Position numbers and translations under genes: made by a program. A model generated the notes under the pieces. The model did not search any database, was not told where the DNA came from, and saw only the letters and a program-made list of their open reading frames with translations. Source: Candidatus Fervidifonticultor primus (lineage in GTDB: Bacteria; Sysuimicrobiota; Sysuimicrobiia; Sysuimicrobiales; Humicultoraceae). Taken from it: a stretch of DNA of 64,000 bases. Positions 27,468-36,070 of this stretch are shown here, in pieces (the first letter of the stretch is position 1; the number at the start of each line of letters is the position of its first letter). The DNA lies in assembly GCA_031459855.1 (NCBI GenBank), contig JAVKHP010000001.1, positions 2,702,309 through 2,766,308 of the forward strand. The letters run 5' to 3'.

Positions 27468-27677
27468 CTAGGCTTCCTTCCTCTTCTTCTTCGCGCCAGA
27501 CCGCGCGGAGGGAGCGACGACCTCCCGCCCGGCGTAGGTACCGCACGAGGGGCAGACCCGGTGCGGGAGCACGCGAGCCTTGCACTGCGGGCACGTGACG
27601 AGGGTGACGGGCGCAAGCGTCCAGCGGCTCCGCCGGTGTCCGGTCCACGAATGGGGATGTCGTCGTTTCTGCGCCAC
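27468..27677 (-). CDS. rpmF: 50S ribosomal protein L32.
   Basis: (M)AQKRRHPHSWTGHRRSRWTLAPVTLVTCPQCKARVLPHRVCPSCGTYAGREVV has the zinc-ribbon Cys pairs of L32. GTG start with a GGAGGAG RBS. Confidence 0.85.
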   Translation of the reverse strand: MAQKRRHPHSWTGHRRSRWTLAPVTLVTCPQCKARVLPHRVCPSCGTYAGREVVAPSARSGAKKKRKEA

Positions 27678-27711
27678 GTGGTGTCTCCTCCGTCTGGCTG
27701 ACGCCCGTCGT

Positions 27712-28224
27712 TCAGGTCGCGGTGCTCGCGTCGTCGCCCAGCAGGGCCCGCAGCGCCGCCAGGGGCTGCAGCTGCGTCGGCGCGGGCTCGTCGGGACACT
27801 GGCAGCGGCCGTCGCGCCGATCGGCGCCGCACCGCTCGCAGATGCCCTCGCACGCCTCACGGCAGTGCACGACCATGGGCAGGGCCAGCACCAGCTCCTC
27901 GCGGGCCAGCCCCGAGAGGTCCAGCCCGATGCTGCCGCCCGCCGTCACCAGCACCGGGTCGTCCTCGTCCCACGCCAGCTCCTCGTCCACCTCGGCCGCC
28001 AGGTGGTACGGAAACGGCCGCGCACACCGGTCGCACCGAAGCTCCACCTGGGTCCGCACCCACCCGGAAACCTTCAGGACCGCGCCCAGGTTGGTTAACG
28101 TGAACTCGCCGTCGACCGGATCCGTGAACGGCACCTCGGCGATCTGGCTGGCGAGCGTCTCGTGGTAGCTGACCACGAGGACGGCGCCCCGCTCCGCGCG
28201 GAGCCGGTGCAGATCCACGATCAT
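27712..28224 (-). CDS. yceD: YceD/DUF177 family protein (large-subunit rRNA accumulation protein).
   Basis: Typical CxxC...CxxC pairs (CDRCARPF..., CEGICERCGADRRDGRCQC) and position immediately upstream of rpmF. ATG at 28224 with a GGAGGG RBS. Confidence 0.85.
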   Translation of the reverse strand: MIVDLHRLRAERGAVLVVSYHETLASQIAEVPFTDPVDGEFTLTNLGAVLKVSGWVRTQVELRCDRCARPFPYHLAAEVDEELAWDEDDPVLVTAGGSIGLDLSGLAREELVLALPMVVHCREACEGICERCGADRRDGRCQCPDEPAPTQLQPLAALRALLGDDASTAT

Positions 28225-28252
28225 GGTGCCAGGCCCTCCGCCAGGCTGTCCC

Positions 28253-28282
28253 ATTATAGGGAGCGGGTTTTTGCAGTGTCAA
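28253..28282 (-). promoter_or_regulatory. Consensus sigma70-type promoter TTGACA-N18-TATAAT for the yceD-rpmF(-fab) operon.
   Basis: Minus strand reads TTGACActgcaaaaacccgctcccTATAAT. The TSS would fall about 22 nt before the yceD ATG. Shares TTGACACTGCA with the secD promoter. Confidence 0.55.
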
Positions 28283-28722
28283 CGAACCCGCCGGGGCGCG
28301 CGCAGCACCTCCTGCCCCCGCCGGATCGTGGCCAGCACGCGCTCCACCTCGGCTTCCAGCCGCTGCAGCACGTCGGCCGCGTACTCGTCGGCACCACGGC
28401 GAATGCGCTCGGCTTCGCGCCGGATCTCGTCCAGACTCGCGGCAGCCTCCGGCGACGGACCGCCCTCGGCCGCCGCCCGCGCCCGTGCCTGCGCGTCCAG
28501 CACCAGCCGGCGCGCCTCCTCGCGCGCCTGGGCCAGTGCCGCTTCCGCCTCGGCCTGCAGCGCTGCAGCCCGCCGCAGCTCCTGCGGCAGGGCCGCCCGC
28601 GCCATCCGCAGCAGGCCGATCACCTCCTGCTCGACGGCCTGGCGCACGTCGGCCGGCAGGCGCCCGAGGTGACGCCGCAGCACCCGTTCGGCGCGCTCCA
28701 GCATCTCCAGAGCCGACTCCAT
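28279..28722 (-). CDS. Coiled-coil hypothetical protein (Ala/Glu/Arg-rich, ATP-synthase-b/DivIVA-like heptads).
   Basis: MESALEMLERAERVLRRHLGRLPADVRQAVEQEV...AEAEAALAQAREEARRLVLDAQARARAAAE. No family assignable. Confidence 0.5.
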   Translation of the reverse strand: MESALEMLERAERVLRRHLGRLPADVRQAVEQEVIGLLRMARAALPQELRRAAALQAEAEAALAQAREEARRLVLDAQARARAAAEGGPSPEAAASLDEIRREAERIRRGADEYAADVLQRLEAEVERVLATIRRGQEVLRAPRRVR

Positions 28723-28823
28723 GCGCCCCTCCCTTGCTTCCGTCTACGCTCCGTCATCCGCCCTGCGGACCGGTGGCCCGCGATCCCCGCCGGCGCGCCA
28801 CCTGCGGCGCGCCCACCGGCAGG

Positions 28824-29309
28824 TCACCGGCCCGGGAACTTGCTCCGCAGCCGGCGGGCGACGTTGGCGGGCACGATGCTCTCCACGTTGCCGCCGAGGC
28901 TGGCTACCTCGCGGATCAAGGACGAGGAGACGAACGCGTACTCCGGAGCCGCGATCAGCAGCAGCGTGTCCAGCGACGGTGCCAGCCGGCGGTTCATGGC
29001 CGACTGCTTCAGCTCGTAGTCGAAGTCGCCGACAGCGCGCAGCCCCTTGATCAGGCACGTCGCCCCCCGGGCGAGCGCGAACTCGACGGTGAGGCCGCTG
29101 TAGGCGGCCACCTCCACCGACGAAAGGTCGGCGAGGCACTCACGCAACATCTCCACCCGCTCGCCGACGGTGAACACGCCGCGGCCCTTCTCGACGTTCT
29201 CCGCGACGGCCACGATCACCCGATCGAACAGCCGCGCAGCGCGCCGGATGACGTCGATGTGCCCGTTGTGCACGGGGTCGAAGCTCCCCGGATAGACCGC
29301 GATGTGCAC
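28824..29309 (-). CDS. coaD: Phosphopantetheine adenylyltransferase.
   Basis: IAVYPGSFDPVHNGHIDVIRRA is the HxGH nucleotidyltransferase motif, plus ISSSLIRE. GTG start (V3 of the ORF-track frame) with a GGGGAGGGG RBS. Confidence 0.9.
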   Translation of the reverse strand: MHIAVYPGSFDPVHNGHIDVIRRAARLFDRVIVAVAENVEKGRGVFTVGERVEMLRECLADLSSVEVAAYSGLTVEFALARGATCLIKGLRAVGDFDYELKQSAMNRRLAPSLDTLLLIAAPEYAFVSSSLIREVASLGGNVESIVPANVARRLRSKFPGR

Positions 29310-29507
29310 CCCCACCCCTCCCCCGGCGCCCCCGCCTCATGCCCGACGGCAGGGCGTCCGCGCCACGCGTCCCGCCGCATCCCGCCCGTCGCGCAGGGCT
29401 GTCCCGGATTCCGCCGGTGCCGATCCCACGCGTCCACGGCCAGGGATCGAACCCGACGGCACCCGGGCCCTGACCGACGCCGATTTCCTATTTCGTCGCA
29501 CACAGGG

Positions 29508-30101
29508 CTAGGCGTCGCGTGCCCGCAGATACCACAGCGCCGTCTCCCCGTAGCGCGCCTCCCGCTCAAGGTGCCATCCGCCCGCCGCAGGTCGATCGCG
29601 CCAGTGCCCCTCGGCGACGACCAGGCCCCCGGGCGCCAGGATGCCGGCGACGCCGATCGCCTCGAGCGTCCGCGGGATCCATTCCTGCCCGTATGGCGGG
29701 TCCATCAGGATCACCGCGAAGCGCCGGCCGGCCGCCCCCAGTCGTCGGATGGCGGTCAGGACGTCCTCGGCGACGACCTCGGCCCGGTCGGCGACCCCCG
29801 CATCCCGCACGCGTGCGGCCAGTGCCCGCGCCAGGCGCGCATCACGTTCCACAAACACCACGGTCGCCGCGCCCCGGCGCAGCGCCTCGAGCCCCAGTGC
29901 CCCGGTCCCGGCGAACAGGTCCAGCACCGCCGCGCCCCGCACGCGCTCGCCCAGCGCGTTGAACAGCGCGTCCCGCACCCGCGCGGCCGTGGGGCGCACC
30001 TGCCCGGCGGTGCGGCGGCGCTGGGGCGGACCCCGCCGTGCGCTACGCGCATGCGCGGGCCCGCGGGTCCGCCCCTGATCGCGGGCAGGTCCGGGCCTCA
30101 T
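29508..30101 (-). CDS. rsmD: 16S rRNA (guanine966-N2)-methyltransferase.
   Basis: RPTAARVRDALFNAL...VLDLFAGTGALGLEALRRGA...ILMDPPY (DPPY motif). Confidence 0.85.
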   Translation of the reverse strand: MRPGPARDQGRTRGPAHARSARRGPPQRRRTAGQVRPTAARVRDALFNALGERVRGAAVLDLFAGTGALGLEALRRGAATVVFVERDARLARALAARVRDAGVADRAEVVAEDVLTAIRRLGAAGRRFAVILMDPPYGQEWIPRTLEAIGVAGILAPGGLVVAEGHWRDRPAAGGWHLEREARYGETALWYLRARDA

Positions 30102-32224
30102 CCGACCGACGCGAGCCCCGCCCGCTCCCGGAGTCGCTGCCGCACGAGCCGGGCCAGTGGGGCCACCGCGGGGTCTGCGAGGTCCGGATCGTGTTCCAGC
30201 AGGGCCTCGGCCGCGGCGCTGGCCTCCTCCAGCACCCGGGCGTCGGCGACGAGGTCGGCCACCTGCAGTCCGGTCGCGCCGTGCTGGCGCGTGCCCAGCA
30301 CCTCGCCGGGACCGCGGATCGCCAGGTCCTCCTGAGCGATGCGAAAGCCGTCGTGCACCGCCGCCATGACCTCCAGACGGCGTCGGCCCTCCTCGGTGGT
30401 GGGATCGGCAAGGAGCACGCAGATCCCGCGCTGCCTCCCGCGCCCGACACGCCCGCGCAGCTGGTGCAGCTGGGCCAGCCCGTACCGGTCGGCGTTCTCA
30501 ATGACCATGATCGTGGCGTTGGGCACGTCGATGCCCACCTCGATCACCGTGGTGGCCACCAGCACGTCGATGGCCCCGGCGCGGAACGCCTCCATGCGCT
30601 CGGCACGTATCGCGGCAGGCAGCCGGCCGTGCAGGACCTCCAAACGCAGCCCGGCCAGGGGCCCCTCGCGCAGTTCCTGGGCGAGCCGCACCGCCGAGGC
30701 CGCGGCCACCACCTCCGACTCCTCGATGAGCGGGCAGACGACGTAGGCCTGCCGGCCGCCCGCCACCTGCTGCCGGAGCCACGCGTAGACCCGGGCACGG
30801 GCCGCCGTCGGGCGCACGTGCGTCGCCACGGGCTGCCGGCCGGGTGGGAGTTCGTCCAGCACCGAGACGTCGAGATCGCCGTAGAGCGTCAGGGTCAGCG
30901 TCCGGGGAATCGGCGTCGCCGTCATCACCAGCACGTCGGGCGCCGTGCCCTTGGCGCGCAGCCGCGCGCGCTGCATCACGCCGAACCGGTGCTGCTCGTC
31001 GATGACCGCCAGCCCCAGGCGAGCGAATGTCACGCCCTCCTCGAGGAGGGCATGGGTACCGACGGCGACCAGCGGCTCCCCGGCGGCCAGCCGCGCCAGG
31101 GCCACCTGTCGGACCGCGGGGTCGGCACCACCGGTGAGCAGCACGACCGGTACGCCCAGCGGGGCCAGCAGCTGGCGCAACGTGAGGTAGTGCTGTTCCG
31201 CGAGGATCTCGGTGGGCGCCATCAGCGCGCCCTGCGCGCCACCCTCCACGCAGGCGACCAGCGCGGCGGCGGCCACGGCCGTCTTGCCCGAACCCACGTC
31301 GCCCTGGAGCAACCGGTTCATCGGCACGGGCGCGCGCATGTCCCGCAGGATCTCGTCGATCACGCGCCGCTGCGCGGCCGTCAGGGGATAGGGAAGCGAG
31401 GCGACGAAGCGCTCCAGCAACGGTCCCGGCGTCGCGTAGGTCGTACTGCGGGGGATGGCCCGCAGCGCCCGCCGCTGCTCCAGCACGGCCAGCCGCAGGA
31501 CGAGCAGTTCCTCGAACGCCAGGCGGCGGCGAGCGGCTGCGGCGTCGTCGGGATGCTCGGGGAAGTGCACCGCCCACAGCGCGTCGCGCAGGGGCAGCAG
31601 GTGGTGCCGTGTCCGCAGGTCTGCGGGCAGCACGTCGGGCAGGGCGTCGGCGCACGCCACCAGCGCGTCGCGCACCAGCACGCGGAGCGTGCGTTGGGGC
31701 AGGCCCTCGGTCGTGGGGTAGATCGGCACGAGCCGACCGACGTGCAGCGGATCGCTGTGCGGATCCAGGATCTCGAACTCGGGGGCCACGAACTGCAGGC
31801 TGCGACCGGCGCGCTCCACACGCCCGTAGAGACTAACCTGCTGGCCACGGGCCAGCGTCGTCGCCAGGTAGGGCTGGTGGAACCAGATGGCCAGCGCAGC
31901 ACCGGTGGCGTCCACCACGGTGGCGCGCACGATGGGGATCCCGCGGCGGGTCCGGAGCAGCTGTACCCGTTCGATGCGGGCAACGGCCGCCTGCTCGACG
32001 CCCTCCCGCAGGAGCGCCAGCGGCGTGGGATGCCGCCGGTCCTCGTGCCGGCGCGGCAGGTGCAGCACCAGGTCACGGACCGTCCGGATCCCCAGCCGCG
32101 CCAGCAGCGCTGCCCGCGCGGGCCCGACGCCGCGCAGGTACTGCACGGCGTCGTCGGGTCCCAGCCGGCGGGGACGGCCGGCGACCGCGGGCGCGTCGAG
32201 AGGCACGGTGCGGCGCCTGGACAT
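30098..32224 (-). CDS. recG: ATP-dependent DNA helicase RecG.
   Basis: Wedge domain (YLRGVGPARAALLARLGIRTVRDLVLHLPRRHED) and helicase motifs I GDVGSGKT and II DEQHRFG. ATG at 32224 gives 709 aa. The ORF-track start at 32605 is probably too long. Confidence 0.9.
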   Translation of the reverse strand: MSRRRTVPLDAPAVAGRPRRLGPDDAVQYLRGVGPARAALLARLGIRTVRDLVLHLPRRHEDRRHPTPLALLREGVEQAAVARIERVQLLRTRRGIPIVRATVVDATGAALAIWFHQPYLATTLARGQQVSLYGRVERAGRSLQFVAPEFEILDPHSDPLHVGRLVPIYPTTEGLPQRTLRVLVRDALVACADALPDVLPADLRTRHHLLPLRDALWAVHFPEHPDDAAAARRRLAFEELLVLRLAVLEQRRALRAIPRSTTYATPGPLLERFVASLPYPLTAAQRRVIDEILRDMRAPVPMNRLLQGDVGSGKTAVAAAALVACVEGGAQGALMAPTEILAEQHYLTLRQLLAPLGVPVVLLTGGADPAVRQVALARLAAGEPLVAVGTHALLEEGVTFARLGLAVIDEQHRFGVMQRARLRAKGTAPDVLVMTATPIPRTLTLTLYGDLDVSVLDELPPGRQPVATHVRPTAARARVYAWLRQQVAGGRQAYVVCPLIEESEVVAAASAVRLAQELREGPLAGLRLEVLHGRLPAAIRAERMEAFRAGAIDVLVATTVIEVGIDVPNATIMVIENADRYGLAQLHQLRGRVGRGRQRGICVLLADPTTEEGRRRLEVMAAVHDGFRIAQEDLAIRGPGEVLGTRQHGATGLQVADLVADARVLEEASAAAEALLEHDPDLADPAVAPLARLVRQRLRERAGLASVG

Positions 32225-32440
32225 ACGGAACCGACCCGCCGGGATCACGGGTCTGGCCTCTTGTTCGCCACCCTGCCGACCTCTCCTTGCCCGGGGGCCG
32301 GGCCCCGGCATGGCGGTCGCGTTCCGCTGGTGCCGCGGGCCTCCCGCTCCCGCAACGTCTGGCGTCGCCCCCGTGTCGCGTGGTACCCCAGCCGGCGGCG
32401 ACGCACCCGCGCCGGCGGCGCCTGTCCGGTGCGCCCCGTG

Positions 32441-32470
32441 TTGCCCGCCTGCACGGCCGCATGGTACAAT
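32441..32470 (+). promoter_or_regulatory. Candidate promoter TTGCCC-N18-TACAAT with an extended -10 (TGGTACAAT) upstream of rpmB.
   Basis: gtgTTGCCCgcctgcacggccgcaTGGTACAATccg lies 58 nt upstream of the rpmB ATG. The same TGGTACAAT motif occurs upstream of nusB. Confidence 0.4.
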
Positions 32471-32527
32471 CCGCCGGGTTCCGAGAGGACCTATCGGTGC
32501 CAGTCGGACGGAAGGCGGTGTGAGGGC

Positions 32528-32719
32528 ATGGCGCGGCGGTGCGCGATCTGCGGGAAAGGACCGGCGGCTGGGTACAGCCTCAGCCACTCGCACGTGCGCT
32601 CGCACCGGCGCTTCCTGCCCAACCTGCAGCGCGTGCGGGTGGTCATCGGGACGACGACGCGCCGGGCGAGCGTCTGCACGGCGTGCCTGAAGGCCGGCCG
32701 CGTGCGGCGCGCCGTCTAG
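32528..32719 (+). CDS. rpmB: 50S ribosomal protein L28 (zinc-ribbon type).
   Basis: MARRCAICGKGPAAGYSLSHSHVRSHRRFLPNLQRVRVVIGTTTRRASVCTACLKAGRVRRAV read directly from the sequence. Not in the ORF track. Its TAG stop overlaps the hslO stop in the palindrome CTAG. Confidence 0.85.
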   Translation: MARRCAICGKGPAAGYSLSHSHVRSHRRFLPNLQRVRVVIGTTTRRASVCTACLKAGRVRRAV

Positions 32720-33609
32720 GCGCCGTCGTGGGTGGCCACGGCGTCAAACACCGCCGCGACCTCTGCGGTCCCCAGCACGTACCGCTCGCCGCAAAAGCGG
32801 CACTGCACCTCGATGCGCCCCTCCTCACGCAGCAGGCGGTCCGCTTCCGCGCGCCCCAGCGCCACGAGCACGTCTTCGACCTTGCGGGGGCTACAGCGAC
32901 ACGCGAACCGCACGGGGCGTTCCTCGCGCACGGCCAGCGGCAGCTCGCCCAGCGCCATGCGCAGCATGTCGTCGGGCGTGGCGCCGTCGCGCACCATGTG
33001 GGTCACCGCCGGCAGCGCCCGGGCCCGCTCCTCCAGGTACGCCGGCATCCACGCTGGGGCCCCGGGCATGACCTGGAGCATCAACCCGCCGGACGCGAGC
33101 ACGCGTTCGTCCGGGCTGACCAACACGCCCACCGCCACCACCGACGGAACCTGCTCGCTGCGCACCAGGTAGGCGGCGAGGTCTTCTCCGATCTCGCCGG
33201 AGACAAGGGGCACGCTGCCCTGGTACGGATCGCGCAGCCCGAGGTCCCTGGTCACGTGGAAGATGCCCCGGCGGCCGACCGCGCCGCCCACGTCCAGCTT
33301 CCGCGCGGGCGTGGGTGGCAGGTGCGTGTGCGGATGGGTCACGTATCCCCGTAGGGCGCCGTCGGCCGTACTCTCCGACACCACCGGGCCCAGCGGCCCG
33401 TCGCCCAGCACCCGGATCATCACCGTCTGCCGGCCCTTCAGGGTGGCCCCCAGCATCGCGGCCGCCACCAGCGCCCGTCCCAGCGCGGCAGTGGCGGTCG
33501 GCAGGGTGCCGTGGCGCCGCCGCGCCTCCTCGGTGCTCTGCGTGGCCACCACGGCGCAGGCGAGCACTGTGCCATCGGCGGCCGTCCCGCGGACCAGCGT
33601 ATCGTCCAT
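32716..33609 (-). CDS. hslO: Redox-regulated chaperone Hsp33.
   Basis: Hsp33 N-domain plus C-terminal zinc centre (FACRCSPRK...CRFCGERY). ATG at 33609 (MDDTLVRGTAADG) with a [10 protein letters not shown]. Confidence 0.9.
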   Translation of the reverse strand: MDDTLVRGTAADGTVLACAVVATQSTEEARRRHGTLPTATAALGRALVAAAMLGATLKGRQTVMIRVLGDGPLGPVVSESTADGALRGYVTHPHTHLPPTPARKLDVGGAVGRRGIFHVTRDLGLRDPYQGSVPLVSGEIGEDLAAYLVRSEQVPSVVAVGVLVSPDERVLASGGLMLQVMPGAPAWMPAYLEERARALPAVTHMVRDGATPDDMLRMALGELPLAVREERPVRFACRCSPRKVEDVLVALGRAEADRLLREEGRIEVQCRFCGERYVLGTAEVAAVFDAVATHDGA

Positions 33610-33640
33610 CGCCCTCAGGCTCCTTCGACTGGTCTCGCCT

Positions 33641-34453
33641 CTAGGAAACGTCGAGGACGGCCTGAACCTGCCCGTGCATCGGATTGGCCGGCCCGTGCCC
33701 ACGGCCCAGCGGTAGCGCCGCCCGAATCGCCGCCGTGACGAACGTCTTGGCCCTGCGGACCGCCTCCTCGACCTCCCGGCCCTTGGCGAGCTCGGCAGCG
33801 ATCGCCGACGCGAAGACGCACCCCGTGCCGTGCGTGTGCGGCGTGGCGATCCGTTCCGCGCGCAGGTGGACCAGGCGCCTGCCGTCGTAGAACACGTCGA
33901 CGGGCGCTTCGGCCAGGTGTCCGCCTTTCACCACCACGGCCCGCGGCCCCAGCGCGTGCAGGCGGCGGGCCGCGTCCTCCATCTCGCGCACGGTGCGGAT
34001 CTCCTGGCCCGTCAGGGCCCGCGCCTCGTGCAGGTTGGGCGTGACGACCAGGGCCAGCGGCAGCAGCAGCGTCCGCAGCGCCTCCACCGCGTCGGGCCGC
34101 AGCAACGGCGCTCCCGACTTGGCGATCATCACCGGATCGACGACGAGCACCTCCAGCCGATGGGCCCGCAGGCGGTCGGCCACCGCCTCGATGATGCCGG
34201 CACTGGCGAGCATGCCCGTCTTGACCGCATCGACGCCGATGTCGGTCACGACCGTGTCGATCTGCTGCGCCACGAACGCCGGCGCTATCTCCACGACGCC
34301 GAAGACGCCCGTGGTGTTCTGGGCCGTCAGGGCCGTGATGGCGGTCATGCCGAAGACCCCCAGGGCCGAGAAGGTCTTCAGGTCGGCCTGGATGCCCGCG
34401 CCGCCGCCCGAGTCGCTGCCGGCGATGGTCAGAGCTCGCGGAATGGTCGTCAT
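33641..34453 (-). CDS. thiD: Hydroxymethylpyrimidine/phosphomethylpyrimidine kinase.
   Basis: ALTIAGSDSGGGAGIQADLKTF...THGTGCVFASAIAAELAKG is the ThiD family sequence. Its ATG overlaps the thiL stop. Confidence 0.9.
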   Translation of the reverse strand: MTTIPRALTIAGSDSGGGAGIQADLKTFSALGVFGMTAITALTAQNTTGVFGVVEIAPAFVAQQIDTVVTDIGVDAVKTGMLASAGIIEAVADRLRAHRLEVLVVDPVMIAKSGAPLLRPDAVEALRTLLLPLALVVTPNLHEARALTGQEIRTVREMEDAARRLHALGPRAVVVKGGHLAEAPVDVFYDGRRLVHLRAERIATPHTHGTGCVFASAIAAELAKGREVEEAVRRAKTFVTAAIRAALPLGRGHGPANPMHGQVQAVLDVS

Positions 34454-35442
34454 CGCGCCTCCCGTCGCACGAAGTGGTCCCACCCTCCCGCCAGCGGGCG
34501 CTCCGCGCCGTCCGGCGTGCGCACCATGACGCCGTCGGCCGCCGGGCGGACGACACCGACGGCCGTCAGGGCCGTCCCGGTGGCCGCCAGGGCGTCGACG
34601 AGCACCGCGAGGTCGGCAGGAGCCGCGGCGAGCAGCAACTCGTAGTCCTCGCCGCCGTACAGCGCCAGAGCGAGCGGGTCTTCCCCCAGGCGGGCGGCCG
34701 CGTCGCGCACGGCCCGGCTCACCGGCACCTGGGCCGCATCGATCAGGGCGCCCACTGCGCTCTCTTCCGCCAGGCGGTGCAGGTCGCTGCCCAGGCCGTC
34801 GCTCAGGTCCAGGGCGGCCCGCACCCGCCCGGTGGCCGCCAGCGCCTGCCCCTCGTGCACGCGCGGGGTCGGCGTGCAGTAGGCCTCGACGAGCGGACCA
34901 TCGGTCACCCCCGTACGCAGGAGCCGCAGGCCCGCCGCCGCCCGGCCCAGGTCGCCGGTCACCAGCAGCAGGTCGCCCGGACGCGCCCCCGACCGCCGCA
35001 GCGCCCGCGCTGGCTCGACGTCGCCCAGCACCGTCACGTCGATGACGAGCGGCCCCGGGGTGCTGCTGATGTTGCCGCCGACGACCACGAGCCCCCAGCG
35101 GTCTGCCTCCGCCAGCAGGCCGTCGTACATGCGCTCGAGCCAGGCCACCTCCAGCGCCGCCGGCAGCAGCAGCGAGACCAGGGCGTACGCCGGGCGGCCG
35201 CCCATGGCCGCGATGTCGCTCACGTTCACCGCCAGGGCGCGCCGGCCGACCTGTTCCGGGGTCATCAGGTCCCGGAGGAAGTGCACGCCGTCCACCTGGG
35301 CATCGACCGTCGCGAGCACGGCCCGGTCGCCCGGCGCTGGGAGCAGCGCGGCGTCGTCACCCAGGTACGCCGACCCGAGCTGGCGCCGTAGCCGCGCCAG
35401 CAGCGGGAACTCGCCCAGGTCACCGACGCGTTCGGGCGGCAT
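34450..35442 (-). CDS. thiL: Thiamine-monophosphate kinase.
   Basis: LLARLRRQLGSAYLGDDAALL...VDGVHF...DISDIAAMGG-type ThiL motifs. Confidence 0.88.
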   Translation of the reverse strand: MPPERVGDLGEFPLLARLRRQLGSAYLGDDAALLPAPGDRAVLATVDAQVDGVHFLRDLMTPEQVGRRALAVNVSDIAAMGGRPAYALVSLLLPAALEVAWLERMYDGLLAEADRWGLVVVGGNISSTPGPLVIDVTVLGDVEPARALRRSGARPGDLLLVTGDLGRAAAGLRLLRTGVTDGPLVEAYCTPTPRVHEGQALAATGRVRAALDLSDGLGSDLHRLAEESAVGALIDAAQVPVSRAVRDAAARLGEDPLALALYGGEDYELLLAAAPADLAVLVDALAATGTALTAVGVVRPAADGVMVRTPDGAERPLAGGWDHFVRREAR

Positions 35443-36049
35443 CGACCTGAGCGCGCAGGGCGCGGGCGGCGGCTGCGATGTCGGGCTGCGCTACCACGGC
35501 GGAGACCACCGCGACCCCTACGGCTCCGGTGCGTATGACCGCCGCGGCGTTCTCGACCGTGATCCCACCGATGCCGACCACGGGGATGCGCACCGCCCGG
35601 ACGATGCGTGCCAACCCCTCCAGGCCGATCGCCTCCCCCGCGTCGGCCTTGGTGCCGGTGGGGAACACCGCGCCCACCCCGAGGTAGTCGGCACCCTCGG
35701 CCTCGGCGCGCCGGGCGGCCTCTACGGTTCCCGCAGACGCCCCCACGATCTTGCCCGGCCCGAGCAGCCGCCGGGCTGCCGCGACCGGCAGGTCGTCCTC
35801 GCCCACGTGCACGCCGTCGGCACCACAGGCCACCGCGACGTCGGCGCGGTCGTTGACGATGAACACCACGCCGCGCGCGCGGCACAGCGCCGCCAGGCGC
35901 TCGCCGACCTCCACCAGCACCCGGGCCGTCGCGGTCTTGTCACGCAGCTGGATGACCGTGGCGCCGCCGGCGATCGCCGCCTCGGCCTGGACCTCGTGGC
36001 TGCGGCCGGACAGCTCCCGGTCGGTGATCACGTACAGGCGAAGGTCCAC
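35420..36049 (-). CDS. thiE: Thiamine-phosphate synthase.
   Basis: LYVITDREL...VIQLRDK...ADYLGVGAVFPTGTK...VGIGGI. Confidence 0.9.
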   Translation of the reverse strand: MDLRLYVITDRELSGRSHEVQAEAAIAGGATVIQLRDKTATARVLVEVGERLAALCRARGVVFIVNDRADVAVACGADGVHVGEDDLPVAAARRLLGPGKIVGASAGTVEAARRAEAEGADYLGVGAVFPTGTKADAGEAIGLEGLARIVRAVRIPVVGIGGITVENAAAVIRTGAVGVAVVSAVVAQPDIAAAARALRAQVDAARTRR

Positions 36050-36070
36050 GGGGCCCCGTCGGCCTCCTCG

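Noticed and set aside
29316-29507. tRNA-like GGGTTCGATCC (T-arm-like) motif on the minus strand in the unusually long (198 nt) rsmD-coaD spacer. Considered as a tRNA gene or tRNA 3'-end remnant (att-site scar).
   Set aside because: A T-arm can be drawn (with two G-U pairs), but no complementary 5' acceptor strand, D-arm or anticodon arm exists upstream before the rsmD stop codon. So it is not a tRNA. A decayed tRNA 3' fragment cannot be excluded, but nothing else supports an integrated element here.
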